From: Auanema rhodensis | Lineage: Eukaryota; Animalia; Nematoda | Assembly (NCBI GenBank): GCA_964057225.1 | Contig: OZ059896.1 | Span: 22,010,001-22,074,000, forward strand | Direction: 5' to 3' | Length of the DNA: 64,000 nt | Part shown: piece by piece, positions 1 through 12,100 of the stretch | Layout: every line of letters begins with the position of its first letter | How positions within the stretch are numbered: the stretch's first letter is position 1 | Position numbers and translations under genes: made by a program | Notes under the pieces: generated by a model | What the model saw: only the letters and a program-made list of their open reading frames with translations | Told to the model about the DNA's origin: nothing | Databases searched by the model: none

Positions 1-120
1 ACTTATATCCTCGATTTTCACCCTGAAGAATTAATTTTTTCGTAGAATAACATTGTCCATCGTCTTTGCCTTGAAAAAAGGAATCTAAAAACATCTACTT
101 TTTGCTAAATTATTTTGAAA

Positions 121-132
121 TTTTTCGAAAAA
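121..132. other. Palindrome TTTTTCGAAAAA (p121-132) within an A/T-tract-rich segment, present in p126C/p132A monomers
   Basis: Perfect 12-bp self-complementary sequence, flanked by TTTTGA...TCAAAA in most monomers. Confidence 0.9.
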
Positions 133-159
133 ATTTTTGTTAAAATGTTTTTGGAAGCA

Positions 160-187
160 ATGTTGAGTGTACATGGAAACTCAACAT
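160..187. other. 28-bp quasi-palindrome ATGTTGAGT-gtaCATGgaa-ACTCAACAT, once per monomer
   Basis: 160-168 is the exact reverse complement of 179-187, with a central CATG. The p167 G>T variant introduces a mismatch. Confidence 0.9.
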
Positions 188-338
188 ACACTAATGCATC
201 ATTTTTCAAACGATCATAACTAATTTTTGTATTAAGCGTTTCTCAATGTAGTATAGTGCATTCGATGCGGATATTTAAGCTGCGTCGATCTGTGTTATCA
301 GATTTGCGCTAGCTTAAAAATGCACCGAGATATCAACT

Positions 339-360
339 GATATAAGTTCACACTTATATC
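339..360. other. Hairpin GATATAAGT-tcac-ACTTATATC, once per monomer
   Basis: Perfect 9-bp stem with a 4-nt loop. It overlaps a second dyad ATATCA-ac-TGATAT (330-343) and is bracketed by CGAG (326-329) and CTCG (361-364). Confidence 0.9.
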
Positions 361-606
361 CTCGATTTTCACCCTGAAGAAATAATTTTTTCGTTGAATA
401 ACATTGTCCATCGTCTTTGCCTTGAAAAAAGGAATCTAAAAACAACTACTTTTTGCTAAATTATTTTGAAATTTTTCGAAAAAATTTTTGTCAAAATGTT
501 TTTGGAAGCAATGTTGAGTGTACATGGAAACTCAACATACACTAATGCATCATTTTTCAAACGATCATAACTAATTTTTGTATTAAGCGTTTCTCAATGT
601 AGTATA

Positions 607-676
607 GTGCATTCGATGCGGATTTTTAAGCTGCGTCGATCTGTGTTATCAGATTTGCGCTAGCTTAAAAATGCAC
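607..676. other. Long imperfect inverted repeat of about 70 bp (p256-325), once per monomer
   Basis: ATTTTTAAGCT (622-632) pairs with AGCTTAAAAAT (662-672). Inner pairs are GCG/CGC and ATCTG/CAGAT around loop TGTTAT, and the outer pair is GTGC/GCAC. Confidence 0.9.
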
Positions 677-3600
677 CGAGATATCAACTGATATAAGTTC
701 ACACTTATATCCTCGATTTTCACCCTGAAGAATTAATTTTTTCGTTGAATAACATTGTCCATCGTCTTTGCCTTGAAAAAAGGAATCTAAAAACAACTAC
801 TTTTTGCTAAATTATTTTGAAATTTTTCGAAAAAATTTTTGTCAAAATGTTTTTGGAAGCAATGTTGAGTGTACATGGAAACTCAACATACACTAATGCA
901 TCATTTTTCAAACGATCATAACTAATTTTTGTATTAAGCGTTTCTCAATGTAGTATAGTGCATTCGATGCGGATTTTTAAGCTGCGTCGATCTGTGTTAT
1001 CAGATTTGCGCTAGCTTAAAAATGCACCGAGATATCAACTGATATAAGTTCACACTTATATCCTCGATTTTCACCCTGAAGAATTAATTTTTTCGTCGAA
1101 TAACATTGTCCATCGTCTTTGCCTTAAAAAAAGGAATCTAAAAACATCTACTTTTTGCTAAATTATTCTGAAATTTTTTGAAAACATTTTTGTCAAAATG
1201 TTTTTGGAAGCAATGTTGATTGTACATGGAAACTCAACATACACTAATGCATCATTTTTCAAACGATCATAACTAATTTTTGTATTAAGCGTTTCTCAAT
1301 GTAGTATAGTGCATTTGATGCGGATTTTTAAGCTGCGTCGATCTGTGTTATCAGATTTGCGCTAGCTTAAAAATGCACCGAGATATCAACTGATATAAGT
1401 TCACACTTATATCCTCGATTTTCACCCTGAAGAATTGATTTTTTCGTTGAATAACATTGTCCATCGTTTTTGCCTTGAAAAAAGAAATCTAAAAACATCT
1501 ACTTTTTGCTAAATTATTCTGAAATTTTTCGAAAAAAGTTTTGTCAAAATGTTTTTGGAAGCAATGTTGATTGTACATGGAAACTCAACATACACTAATG
1601 CATCATTTTTCAAACGATCATAACTAATTTTTGTATTAAGCGTTTCTCAATGTAGTATAGTGCATTCGATGCGGATTTTTAAGCTGCGTCGATCTGTGTT
1701 ATCAGATTTGCGCTAGCTTAAAAATGCACCGAGATATCAACTGATATAAGTTCACACTTATATCCTCGATTTTCACCCTGAAGAATTAATTTTTTCGTCG
1801 AATAACATTGTCCATCGTTTTTGCCTTGAAAAAAGAAATCTAAAAACATCTACTTTTTGCTAAATTATTCTGAAATTTTTCGAAAAAAGTTTTGTCAAAA
1901 TGTTTTTGGAAGCAATGTTGATTGTACATGGAAACTCAACATACACTAATGCATCATTTTTCAAACGATCATAACTAATTTTTGTATTAAGCGTTTCTCA
2001 ATGTAGTATAGTGCATTCGATGCGGATTTTTAAGCTGCGTCGATCTGTGTTATCAGATTTGCGCTAGCTTAAAAATGCACCGAGATATCAACTGATATAA
2101 GTTCACACTTATATCCTCGATTTTCACCCTGAAGAATTAATTTTTTCGTAGAATAACATTGTCCATCGTCTTTGCCTTGAAAAAAGGAATCTAAAAACAT
2201 CTACTTTTTGCTAAATTATTTTGAAATTTTTCGAAAAAATTTTTGTTAAAATGTTTTTGGAAGCAATGTTGAGTGTACATGGAAACTCAACATACACTAA
2301 TGCATCATTTTTCAAACGATCATAACTAATTTTTGTATTAAGCGTTTCTCAATGTAGTATAGTGCATTCGATGCGGATATTTAAGCTGCGTCGATCTGTG
2401 TTATCAGATTTGCGCTAGCTTAAAAATGCACCGAGATATCAACTGATATAAGTTCACACTTATATCCTCGATTTTCACCCTGAAGAATTAATTTTTTCGT
2501 TGAATAACATTGTCCATCGTCTTTGCCTTGAAAAAAGGAATCTAAAAACAACTACTTTTTGCTAAATTATTTTGAAATTTTTCGAAAAAATTTTTGTCAA
2601 AATGTTTTTGGAAGCAATGTTGAGTGTACATGGAAACTCAACATACACTAATGCATCATTTTTCAAACGATCATAACTAATTTTTGTATTAAGCGTTTCT
2701 CAATGTAGTATAGTGCATTCGATGCGGATTTTTAAGCTGCGTCGATCTGTGTTATCAGATTTGCGCTAGCTTAAAAATGCACCGAGATATCAACTGATAT
2801 AAGTTCACACTTATATCCTCGATTTTCACCCTGAAGAATTAATTTTTTCGTTGAATAACATTGTCCATCGTCTTTGCCTTGAAAAAAGGAATCTAAAAAC
2901 AACTACTTTTTGCTAAATTATTTTGAAATTTTTCGAAAAAATTTTTGTCAAAATGTTTTTGGAAGCAATGTTGAGTGTACATGGAAACTCAACATACACT
3001 AATGCATCATTTTTCAAACGATCATAACTAATTTTTGTATTAAGCGTTTCTCAATGTAGTATAGTGCATTCGATGCGGATTTTTAAGCTGCGTCGATCTG
3101 TGTTATCAGATTTGCGCTAGCTTAAAAATGCACCGAGATATCAACTGATATAAGTTCACACTTATATCCTCGATTTTCACCCTGAAGAATTAATTTTTTC
3201 GTCGAATAACATTGTCCATCGTCTTTGCCTTAAAAAAAGGAATCTAAAAACATCTACTTTTTGCTAAATTATTCTGAAATTTTTTGAAAACATTTTTGTC
3301 AAAATGTTTTTGGAAGCAATGTTGATTGTACATGGAAACTCAACATACACTAATGCATCATTTTTCAAACGATCATAACTAATTTTTGTATTAAGCGTTT
3401 CTCAATGTAGTATAGTGCATTTGATGCGGATTTTTAAGCTGCGTCGATCTGTGTTATCAGATTTGCGCTAGCTTAAAAATGCACCGAGATATCAACTGAT
3501 ATAAGTTCACACTTATATCCTCGATTTTCACCCTGAAGAATTGATTTTTTCGTTGAATAACATTGTCCATCGTTTTTGCCTTGAAAAAAGAAATCTAAAA

Positions 3601-5265
3601 ACATCTACTTTTTGCTAAATTATTCTGAAATTTTTCGAAAAAAGTTTTGTCAAAATGTTTTTGGAAGCAATGTTGATTGTACATGGAAACTCAACATACA
3701 CTAATGCATCATTTTTCAAACGATCATAACTAATTTTTGTATTAAGCGTTTCTCAATGTAGTATAGTGCATTCGATGCGGATTTTTAAGCTGCGTCGATC
3801 TGTGTTATCAGATTTGCGCTAGCTTAAAAATGCACCGAGATATCAACTGATATAAGTTCACACTTATATCCTCGATTTTCACCCTGAAGAATTAATTTTT
3901 TCGTAGAATAACATTGTCCATCGTCTTTGCCTTGAAAAAAGGAATCTAAAAACATCTACTTTTTGCTAAATTATTTTGAAATTTTTCGAAAAAATTTTTG
4001 TTAAAATGTTTTTGGAAGCAATGTTGAGTGTACATGGAAACTCAACATACACTAATGCATCATTTTTCAAACGATCATAACTAATTTTTGTATTAAGCGT
4101 TTCTCAATGTAGTATAGTGCATTCGATGCGGATATTTAAGCTGCGTCGATCTGTGTTATCAGATTTGCGCTAGCTTAAAAATGCACCGAGATATCAACTG
4201 ATATAAGTTCACACTTATATCCTCGATTTTCACCCTGAAGAATTAATTTTTTCGTCGAATAACATTGTCCATCGTCTTTGCCTTAAAAAAAGGAATCTAA
4301 AAACATCTACTTTTTGCTAAATTATTCTGAAATTTTTTGAAAACATTTTTGTCAAAATGTTTTTGGAAGCAATGTTGATTGTACATGGAAACTCAACATA
4401 CACTAATGCATCATTTTTCAAACGATCATAACTAATTTTTGTATTAAGCGTTTCTCAATGTAGTATAGTGCATTTGATGCGGATTTTTAAGCTGCGTCGA
4501 TCTGTGTTATCAGATTTGCGCTAGCTTAAAAATGCACCGAGATATCAACTGATATAAGTTCACACTTATATCCTCGATTTTCACCCTGAAGAATTGATTT
4601 TTTCGTTGAATAACATTGTCCATCGTTTTTGCCTTGAAAAAAGAAATCTAAAAACATCTACTTTTTGCTAAATTATTCTGAAATTTTTCGAAAAAAGTTT
4701 TGTCAAAATGTTTTTGGAAGCAATGTTGATTGTACATGGAAACTCAACATACACTAATGCATCATTTTTCAAACGATCATAACTAATTTTTGTATTAAGC
4801 GTTTCTCAATGTAGTATAGTGCATTCGATGCGGATTTTTAAGCTGCGTCGATCTGTGTTATCAGATTTGCGCTAGCTTAAAAATGCACCGAGATATCAAC
4901 TGATATAAGTTCACACTTATATCCTCGATTTTCACCCTGAAGAATTAATTTTTTCGTAGAATAACATTGTCCATCGTCTTTGCCTTGAAAAAAGGAATCT
5001 AAAAACATCTACTTTTTGCTAAATTATTTTGAAATTTTTCGAAAAAATTTTTGTTAAAATGTTTTTGGAAGCAATGTTGAGTGTACATGGAAACTCAACA
5101 TACACTAATGCATCATTTTTCAAACGATCATAACTAATTTTTGTATTAAGCGTTTCTCAATGTAGTATAGTGCATTCGATGCGGATATTTAAGCTGCGTC
5201 GATCTGTGTTATCAGATTTGCGCTAGCTTAAAAATGCACCGAGATATCAACTGATATAAGTTCAC

Positions 5266-8200
5266 ACTTATATCCTCGATTTTCACCCTGAAGAATTAAT
5301 TTTTTCGTTGAATAACATTGTCCATCGTCTTTGCCTTGAAAAAAGGAATCTAAAAACAACTACTTTTTGCTAAATTATTTTGAAATTTTTCGAAAAAATT
5401 TTTGTCAAAATGTTTTTGGAAGCAATGTTGAGTGTACATGGAAACTCAACATACACTAATGCATCATTTTTCAAACGATCATAACTAATTTTTGTATTAA
5501 GCGTTTCTCAATGTAGTATAGTGCATTCGATGCGGATTTTTAAGCTGCGTCGATCTGTGTTATCAGATTTGCGCTAGCTTAAAAATGCACCGAGATATCA
5601 ACTGATATAAGTTTACACTTATATCCTCGATTTTCACCCTGAAGAATTAATTTTTTCGTTGAATAACATTGTCCATCGTCTTTGCCTTGAAAGAAGGAAT
5701 CTAAAAACAACTACTTTTTGCTAAATTATTTTGAAATTTTTCGAAAAAATTTTTGTCAAAATGTTTTTGGAAGCAATGTTGAGTGTACATGGAAACTCAA
5801 CATACACTAATGCATCATTTTTCAAACGATCATAACTAATTTTTGTATTAAGCGTTTCTCAATGTAGTATAGTGCATTCGATGCGGATTTTTAAGCTGCG
5901 TCGATCTGTGTTATCAGATTTGCGCTAGCTTAAAAATGCACCGAGATATCAACTGATATAAGTTCACACTTATATCCTCGATTTTCACCCTGAAGAATTA
6001 ATTTTTTCGTTGAATAACATTGTCCATCGTCTTTGCCTTGAAAAAAGGAATCTAAAAACAACTACTTTTTGCTAAATTATTTTGAAATTTTTCGAAAAAA
6101 TTTTTGTCAAAATGTTTTTGGAAGCAATGTTGAGTGTACATGGAAACTCAACATACACTAATGCATCATTTTTCAAACGATCATAACTAATTTTTGTATT
6201 AAGCGTTTCTCAATGTAGTATAGTGCATTCGATGCGGATTTTTAAGCTGCGTCGATCTGTGTTATCAGATTTGCGCTAGCTTAAAAATGCACCGAGATAT
6301 CAACTGATATAAGTTCACACTTATATCCTCGATTTTCACCCTGAAGAATTAATTTTTTCGTTGAATAACATTGTCCATCGTCTTTGCCTTGAAAAAAGGA
6401 ATCTAAAAACAACTACTTTTTGCTAAATTATTTTGAAATTTTTCGAAAAAATTTTTGTCAAAATGTTTTTGGAAGCAATGTTGAGTGTACATGGAAACTC
6501 AACATACACTAATGCATCATTTTTCAAACGATCATAACTAATTTTTGTATTAAGCGTTTCTCAATGTAGTATAGTGCATTCGATGCGGATTTTTAAGCTG
6601 CGTCGATCTGTGTTATCAGATTTGCGCTAGCTTAAAAATGCACCGAGATATCAACTGATATAAGTTCACACTTATATCCTCGATTTTCACCCTGAAGAAT
6701 TAATTTTTTCGTTGAATAACATTGTCCATCGTCTTTGCCTTGAAAAAAGGAATCTAAAAACAACTACTTTTTGCTAAATTATTTTGAAATTTTTCGAAAA
6801 AATTTTTGTCAAAATGTTTTTGGAAGCAATGTTGAGTGTACATGGAAACTCAACATACACTAATGCATCATTTTTCAAACGATCATAACTAATTTTTGTA
6901 TTAAGCGTTTCTCAATGTAGTATAGTGCATTCGATGCGGATTTTTAAGCTGCGTCGATCTGTGTTATCAGATTTGCGCTAGCTTAAAAATGCACCGAGAT
7001 ATCAACTGATATAAGTTCACACTTATATCCTCGATTTTCACCCTGAAGAATTAATTTTTTCGTTGAATAACATTGTCCATCGTCTTTGCCTTGAAAAAAG
7101 GAATCTAAAAACAACTACTTTTTGCTAAATTATTTTGAAATTTTTGGAAAAAATTTTTGTCAAAATGTTTTTGGAAGCAATGTTGAGTGTACATGGAAAC
7201 TCAACATACACTAATGCATCATTTTTCAAACGATCATAACTAATTTTTGTATTAAGCGTTTCTTAATGTAGTATAGTGCATTCGATGCGGATTTTTAAGC
7301 TGCGTCGATCTGTGTTATCAGATTTGCGCTAGCTTAAAAATGCACCGAGATATCAACTGATATAAGTTCACACTTATATCCTCGATTTTCACCCTGAAGA
7401 ATTAATTTTTTCGTTGAATAACATTGTCCATCGTCTTTGCCTTGAAAAAAGGAATCTAAAAACAACTACTTTTTGCTAAATTATTTTGAAATTTTTCGAA
7501 AAAATTTTTGTCAAAATGTTTTTGGAAGCAATGTTGAGTGTACATGGAAACTCAACATACACTAATGCATCATTTTTCAAACGATCATAACTAATTTTTG
7601 TATTAAGCGTTTCTCAATGTAGTATAGTGCATTCGATGCGGATTTTTAAGCTGCGTCGATCTGTGTTATCAGATTTGCGCTAGCTTAAAAATGCACCGAG
7701 ATATCAACTGATATAAGTTCACACTTATATCCTCGATTTTCACCCTGAAGAATTAATTTTTTCGTTGAATAACATTGTCCATCGTCTTTGCCTTGAAAAA
7801 AGGAATCTAAAAACAACTACTTTTTGCTAAATTATTTTGAAATTTTTCGAAAAAATTTTTGTCAAAATGTTTTTGGAAGCAATGTTGAGTGTACATGGAA
7901 ACTCAACATACACTAATGCATCATTTTTCAAACGATCATAACTAATTTTTGTATTAAGCGTTTCTCAATGTAGTATAGTGCATTCGATGCGGATTTTTAA
8001 GCTGCGTCGATCTGTGTTATCAGATTTGCGCTAGCTTAAAAATGCACCGAGATATCAACTGATATAAGTTCACACTTATATCCTCGATTTTCACCCTGAA
8101 GAATTAATTTTTTCGTTGAATAACATTGTCCATCGTCTTTGCCTTGAAAAAAGGAATCTAAAAACAACTACTTTTTGCTAAATTATTTTGAAATTTTTGG

Positions 8201-9126
8201 AAAAAATTTTTGTCCAAATGTTTTTGGAAGCAATGTTGAGTGTACATGGAAACTCAACATACACTAATGCATCATTTTTCAAACGATCATAACTAATTTT
8301 TGTATTAAGCGTTTCTCAATGTAGTATAGTGCATTCGATGCGGATTTTTAAGCTGCGTCGATCTGTGTTATCAGATTTGCGCTAGCTTAAAAATGCACCG
8401 AGATATCAACTGATATAAGTTCACACTTATATCCTCGATTTTCACCCTGAAGAATTAATTTTTTCGTTGAATAACATTGTCCATCGTCTTAGCCTTGAAA
8501 AAAGGAATCTAAAAACAACTACTTTTTGCTAAATTATTTTGAAATTTTTCGAAAAAATTTTTGTCAAAATGTTTTTGGAAGCAATGTTGAGTGTACATGG
8601 AAACTCAACATACACTAATGCATCATTTTTCAAACGATCATAACTAATTTTTGTATTAAGCGTTTCTCAATGTAGTATAGTGCATTCGATGCGGATTTTT
8701 AAGCTGCGTCGATCTGTGTTATCAGATTTGCGCTAGCTTAAAAATGCACCGAGATATCAACTGATATAAGTTCACACTTATATCCTCGATTTTCACCCTG
8801 AAGAATTAATTTTTTCGTTGAATAACATTGTCCATCGTCTTTGCCTTGAAAAAAGGAATCTAAAAACAACTACTTTTTGCTAAATTATTTTGAAATTTTT
8901 CGAAAAAATTTTTGTCAAAATGTTTTTGGAAGCAATGTTGAGTGTACATGGAAACTCAACATACACTAATGCATCATTTTTCAAACGATCATAACTAATT
9001 TTTGTATTAAGCGTTTCTCAATGTAGTATAGTGCATTCGATGCGGATTTTTAAGCTGCGTCGATCTGTGTTATCAGATTTGCGCTAGCTTAAAAATGCAC
9101 CGAGATATCAACTGATATAAGTTCAC
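5266..9126. repeat. Homogeneous run of 11 monomers of one type (p94A)
   Basis: Monomers 16-26 all carry CGTTG, CCTTG, ACAAC and GAGT, with only sporadic private substitutions. Confidence 0.85.
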
Positions 9127-12100
9127 ACTTATATCCTCGATTTTCACCCTGAAGAATTAATTTTTTCGTCGAATAACATTGTCCATCGTCTTTGCCTTAA
9201 AAAAAGGAATCTAAAAACATCTACTTTTTGCTAAATTATCCTGAAATTTTTTGAAAACATTTTTGTCAAAATGTTTTTGGAAGCAATGTTGATTGTACAT
9301 GGAAACTCAACATACACTAATGCATCATTTTTCAAACGATCATAACTAATTTTTGTATTAAGCGTTTCTCAATGTAGTATAGTGCATTTGATGCGGATTT
9401 TTAAGCTGCGTCGATCTGTGTTATCAGATTTGCGCTAGCTTAAAAATGCACCGAGATATCAACTGATATAAGTTCACACTTATATCCTCGATTTTCACCC
9501 TGAAGAATTGATTTTTTCGTTGAATAACATTGTCCATCGTTTTTGCCTTGAAAAAAGAAATCTAAAAACATCTACTTTTTGCTAAATTATTCTGAAATTT
9601 TTCGAAAAAAGTTTTGTCAAAATGTTTTTGGAAGCAATGTTGATTGTACATGGAAACTCAACATACACTAATGCATCATTTTTCAAACGATCATAACTAA
9701 TTTTTGTATTAAGCGTTTCTCAATGTAGTATAGTGCATTCGATGCGGATTTTTAAGCTGCGTCGATCTGTGTTATCAGATTTGCGCTAGCTTAAAAATGC
9801 ACCGAGATATCAACTGATATAAGTTCACACTTATATCCTCGATTTTCACCCTGAAGAATTAATTTTTTCGTAGAATAACATTGTCCATCGTCTTTGCCTT
9901 GAAAAAAGGAATCTAAAAACATCTACTTTTTGCTAAATTATTTTGAAATTTTTCGAAAAAATTTTTGTTAAAATGTTTTTGGAAGCAATGTTGAGTGTAC
10001 ATGGAAACTCAACATACACTAATGCATCATTTTTCAAACGATCATAACTAATTTTTGTATTAAGCGTTTCTCAATGTAGTATAGTGCATTCGATGCGGAT
10101 ATTTAAGCTGCGTCGATCTGTGTTATCAGATTTGCGCTAGCTTAAAAATGCACCGAGATATCAACTGATATAAGTTCACACTTATATCCTCGATTTTCAC
10201 CCTGAAGAATTAATTTTTTCGTTGAATAACATTGTCCATCGTCTTTGCCTTGAAAAAAGGAATCTAAAAACAACTACTTTTTGCTAAATTATTTTGAAAT
10301 TTTTCGAAAAAATTTTTGTCAAAATGTTTTTGGAAGCAATGTTGAGTGTACATGGAAACTCAACATACACTAATGCATCATTTTTCAAACGATCATAACT
10401 AATTTTTGTATTAAGCGTTTCTCAATGTAGTATAGTGCATTCGATGCGGATTTTTAAGCTGCGTCGATCTGTCTTATCAGATTTGCGCTAGCTTAAAAAT
10501 GCACCGAGATATCAACTGATATAAGTTCACACTTATATCCTCGATTTTCACCCTGAAGAATTAATTTTTTCGTAGAATAACATTGTCCATCGTCTTTGCC
10601 TTGAAAAAAGGAATCTAAAAACATCTACTTTTTGCTAAATTATTTTGAAATTTTTCGAAAAAATTTTTGTCAAAATGTTTTTGGAAGCAATGTTGAGTGT
10701 ACATGGAAACTCAACATACACTAATGCATCATTTTTCAAACGATCATAACTAATTTGTGTATTAAGCGTTTCTCAATGTAGTATAGTGCATTCGATGCGG
10801 ATTTTTAAGCTGCGTCGATCTGTGTTATCAGATTTGCGCTAGCTTAAAAATGCACCGAGATATCAACTGATATAAGTTCACACTTATATCCTCGATTTTC
10901 ACCCTGAAGAATTAATTTTTTCGTCGAATAACATTGTCCATCGTCTTTGCCTTAAAAAAAGGAATCTAAAAACATCTACTTTTTGCTAAATTATTCTGAA
11001 ATTTTTTGAAAACATTTTTGTCAAAATGTTTTTGGAAGCAATGTTGATTGTACATGGAAACTCAACATACACTAATGCATCATTTTTCAAACGATCATAA
11101 CTAATTTTTGTATTAAGCGTTTCTCAATGTAGTATAGTGCATTTGATGCGGATTTTTAAGCTGCGTCGATCTGTGTTATCAGATTTGCGCTAGCTTAAAA
11201 ATGCACCGAGATATCAACTGATATAAGTTCACACTTATATCCTCGATTTTCACCCTGAAGAATTGATTTTTTCGTTGAATAACATTGTCCATCGTTTTTG
11301 CCTTGAAAAAAGAAATCTAAAAACATCTACTTTTTGCTAAATTATTCTGAAATTTTTCGAAAAAAGTTTTGTCAAAATGTTTTTGGAAGCAATGTTGATT
11401 GTACATGGAAACTCAACATACACTAATGCATCATTTTTCAAACGATCATAACTAATTTTTGTATTAAGCGTTTCTCAATGTAGTATAGTGCATTCGATGC
11501 GGATTTTTAAGCTGCGTCGATCTGTGTTATCAGATTTGCGCTAGCTTAAAAATGCACCGAGATATCAACTGATATAAGTTCACACTTATATCCTCGATTT
11601 TCACCCTGAAGAATTAATTTTTTCGTAGAATAACATTGTCCATCGTCTTTGCCTTGAAAAAAGGAATCTAAAAACATCTACTTTTTGCTAAATTATTTTG
11701 AAATTTTTCGAAAAAATTTTTGTTAAAATGTTTTTGGAAGCAATGTTGAGTGTACATGGAAACTCAACATACACTAATGCATCATTTTTCAAACGATCAT
11801 AACTAATTTTTGTATTAAGCGTTTCTCAATGTAGTATAGTGCATTCGATGCGGATATTTAAGCTGCGTCGATCTGTGTTATCAGATTTGCGCTAGCTTAA
11901 AAATGCACCGAGATATCAACTGATATAAGTTCACACTTATATCCTCGATTTTCACCCTGAAGAATTAATTTTTTCGTTGAATAACATTGTCCATCGTCTT
12001 TGCCTTGAAAAAAGGAATCTAAAAACAACTACTTTTTGCTAAATTATTTTGAAATTTTTCGAAAAAATTTTTGTCAAAATGTTTTTGGAAGCAATGTTGA

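Larger units (their letters stand above)
1..351. repeat. Reference monomer (arbitrary phase)
   Basis: Positions 352-702 repeat 1-351 with only a few substitutions. Confidence 0.98.

Noticed and set aside
160-187. CRISPR-like 28-bp palindromic repeat
   Set aside because: The intervening sequence is about 320 bp and near-identical between copies, so there are no unique spacers, and no cas genes are present.
145-219. Short ORF MFLEAMLSVHGNSTYTNASFFKRS*
   Set aside because: It is 24 codons with no recognisable motif or expression signal, as expected by chance.
1-351. 351 = 117 codons, suggesting a giant repeat-protein ORF
   Set aside because: Stops occur in all six frames of each monomer. Plus strand: TAA at p106, TGA at p24 and TAA/TGA at p32. 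Minus strand: stops opposite TCA p18, TCA p181 and CTA p95.
622-672. Rho-independent terminator
   Set aside because: The stem is AT-rich, no gene lies upstream, and the context is a satellite.
607-720. tRNA, 5S rRNA or spliced-leader tandem gene array
   Set aside because: No cloverleaf, T-loop (GTTCRA) consensus, pol III internal boxes, or recognisable 5S or SL sequence. An Rfam cmscan would be decisive.
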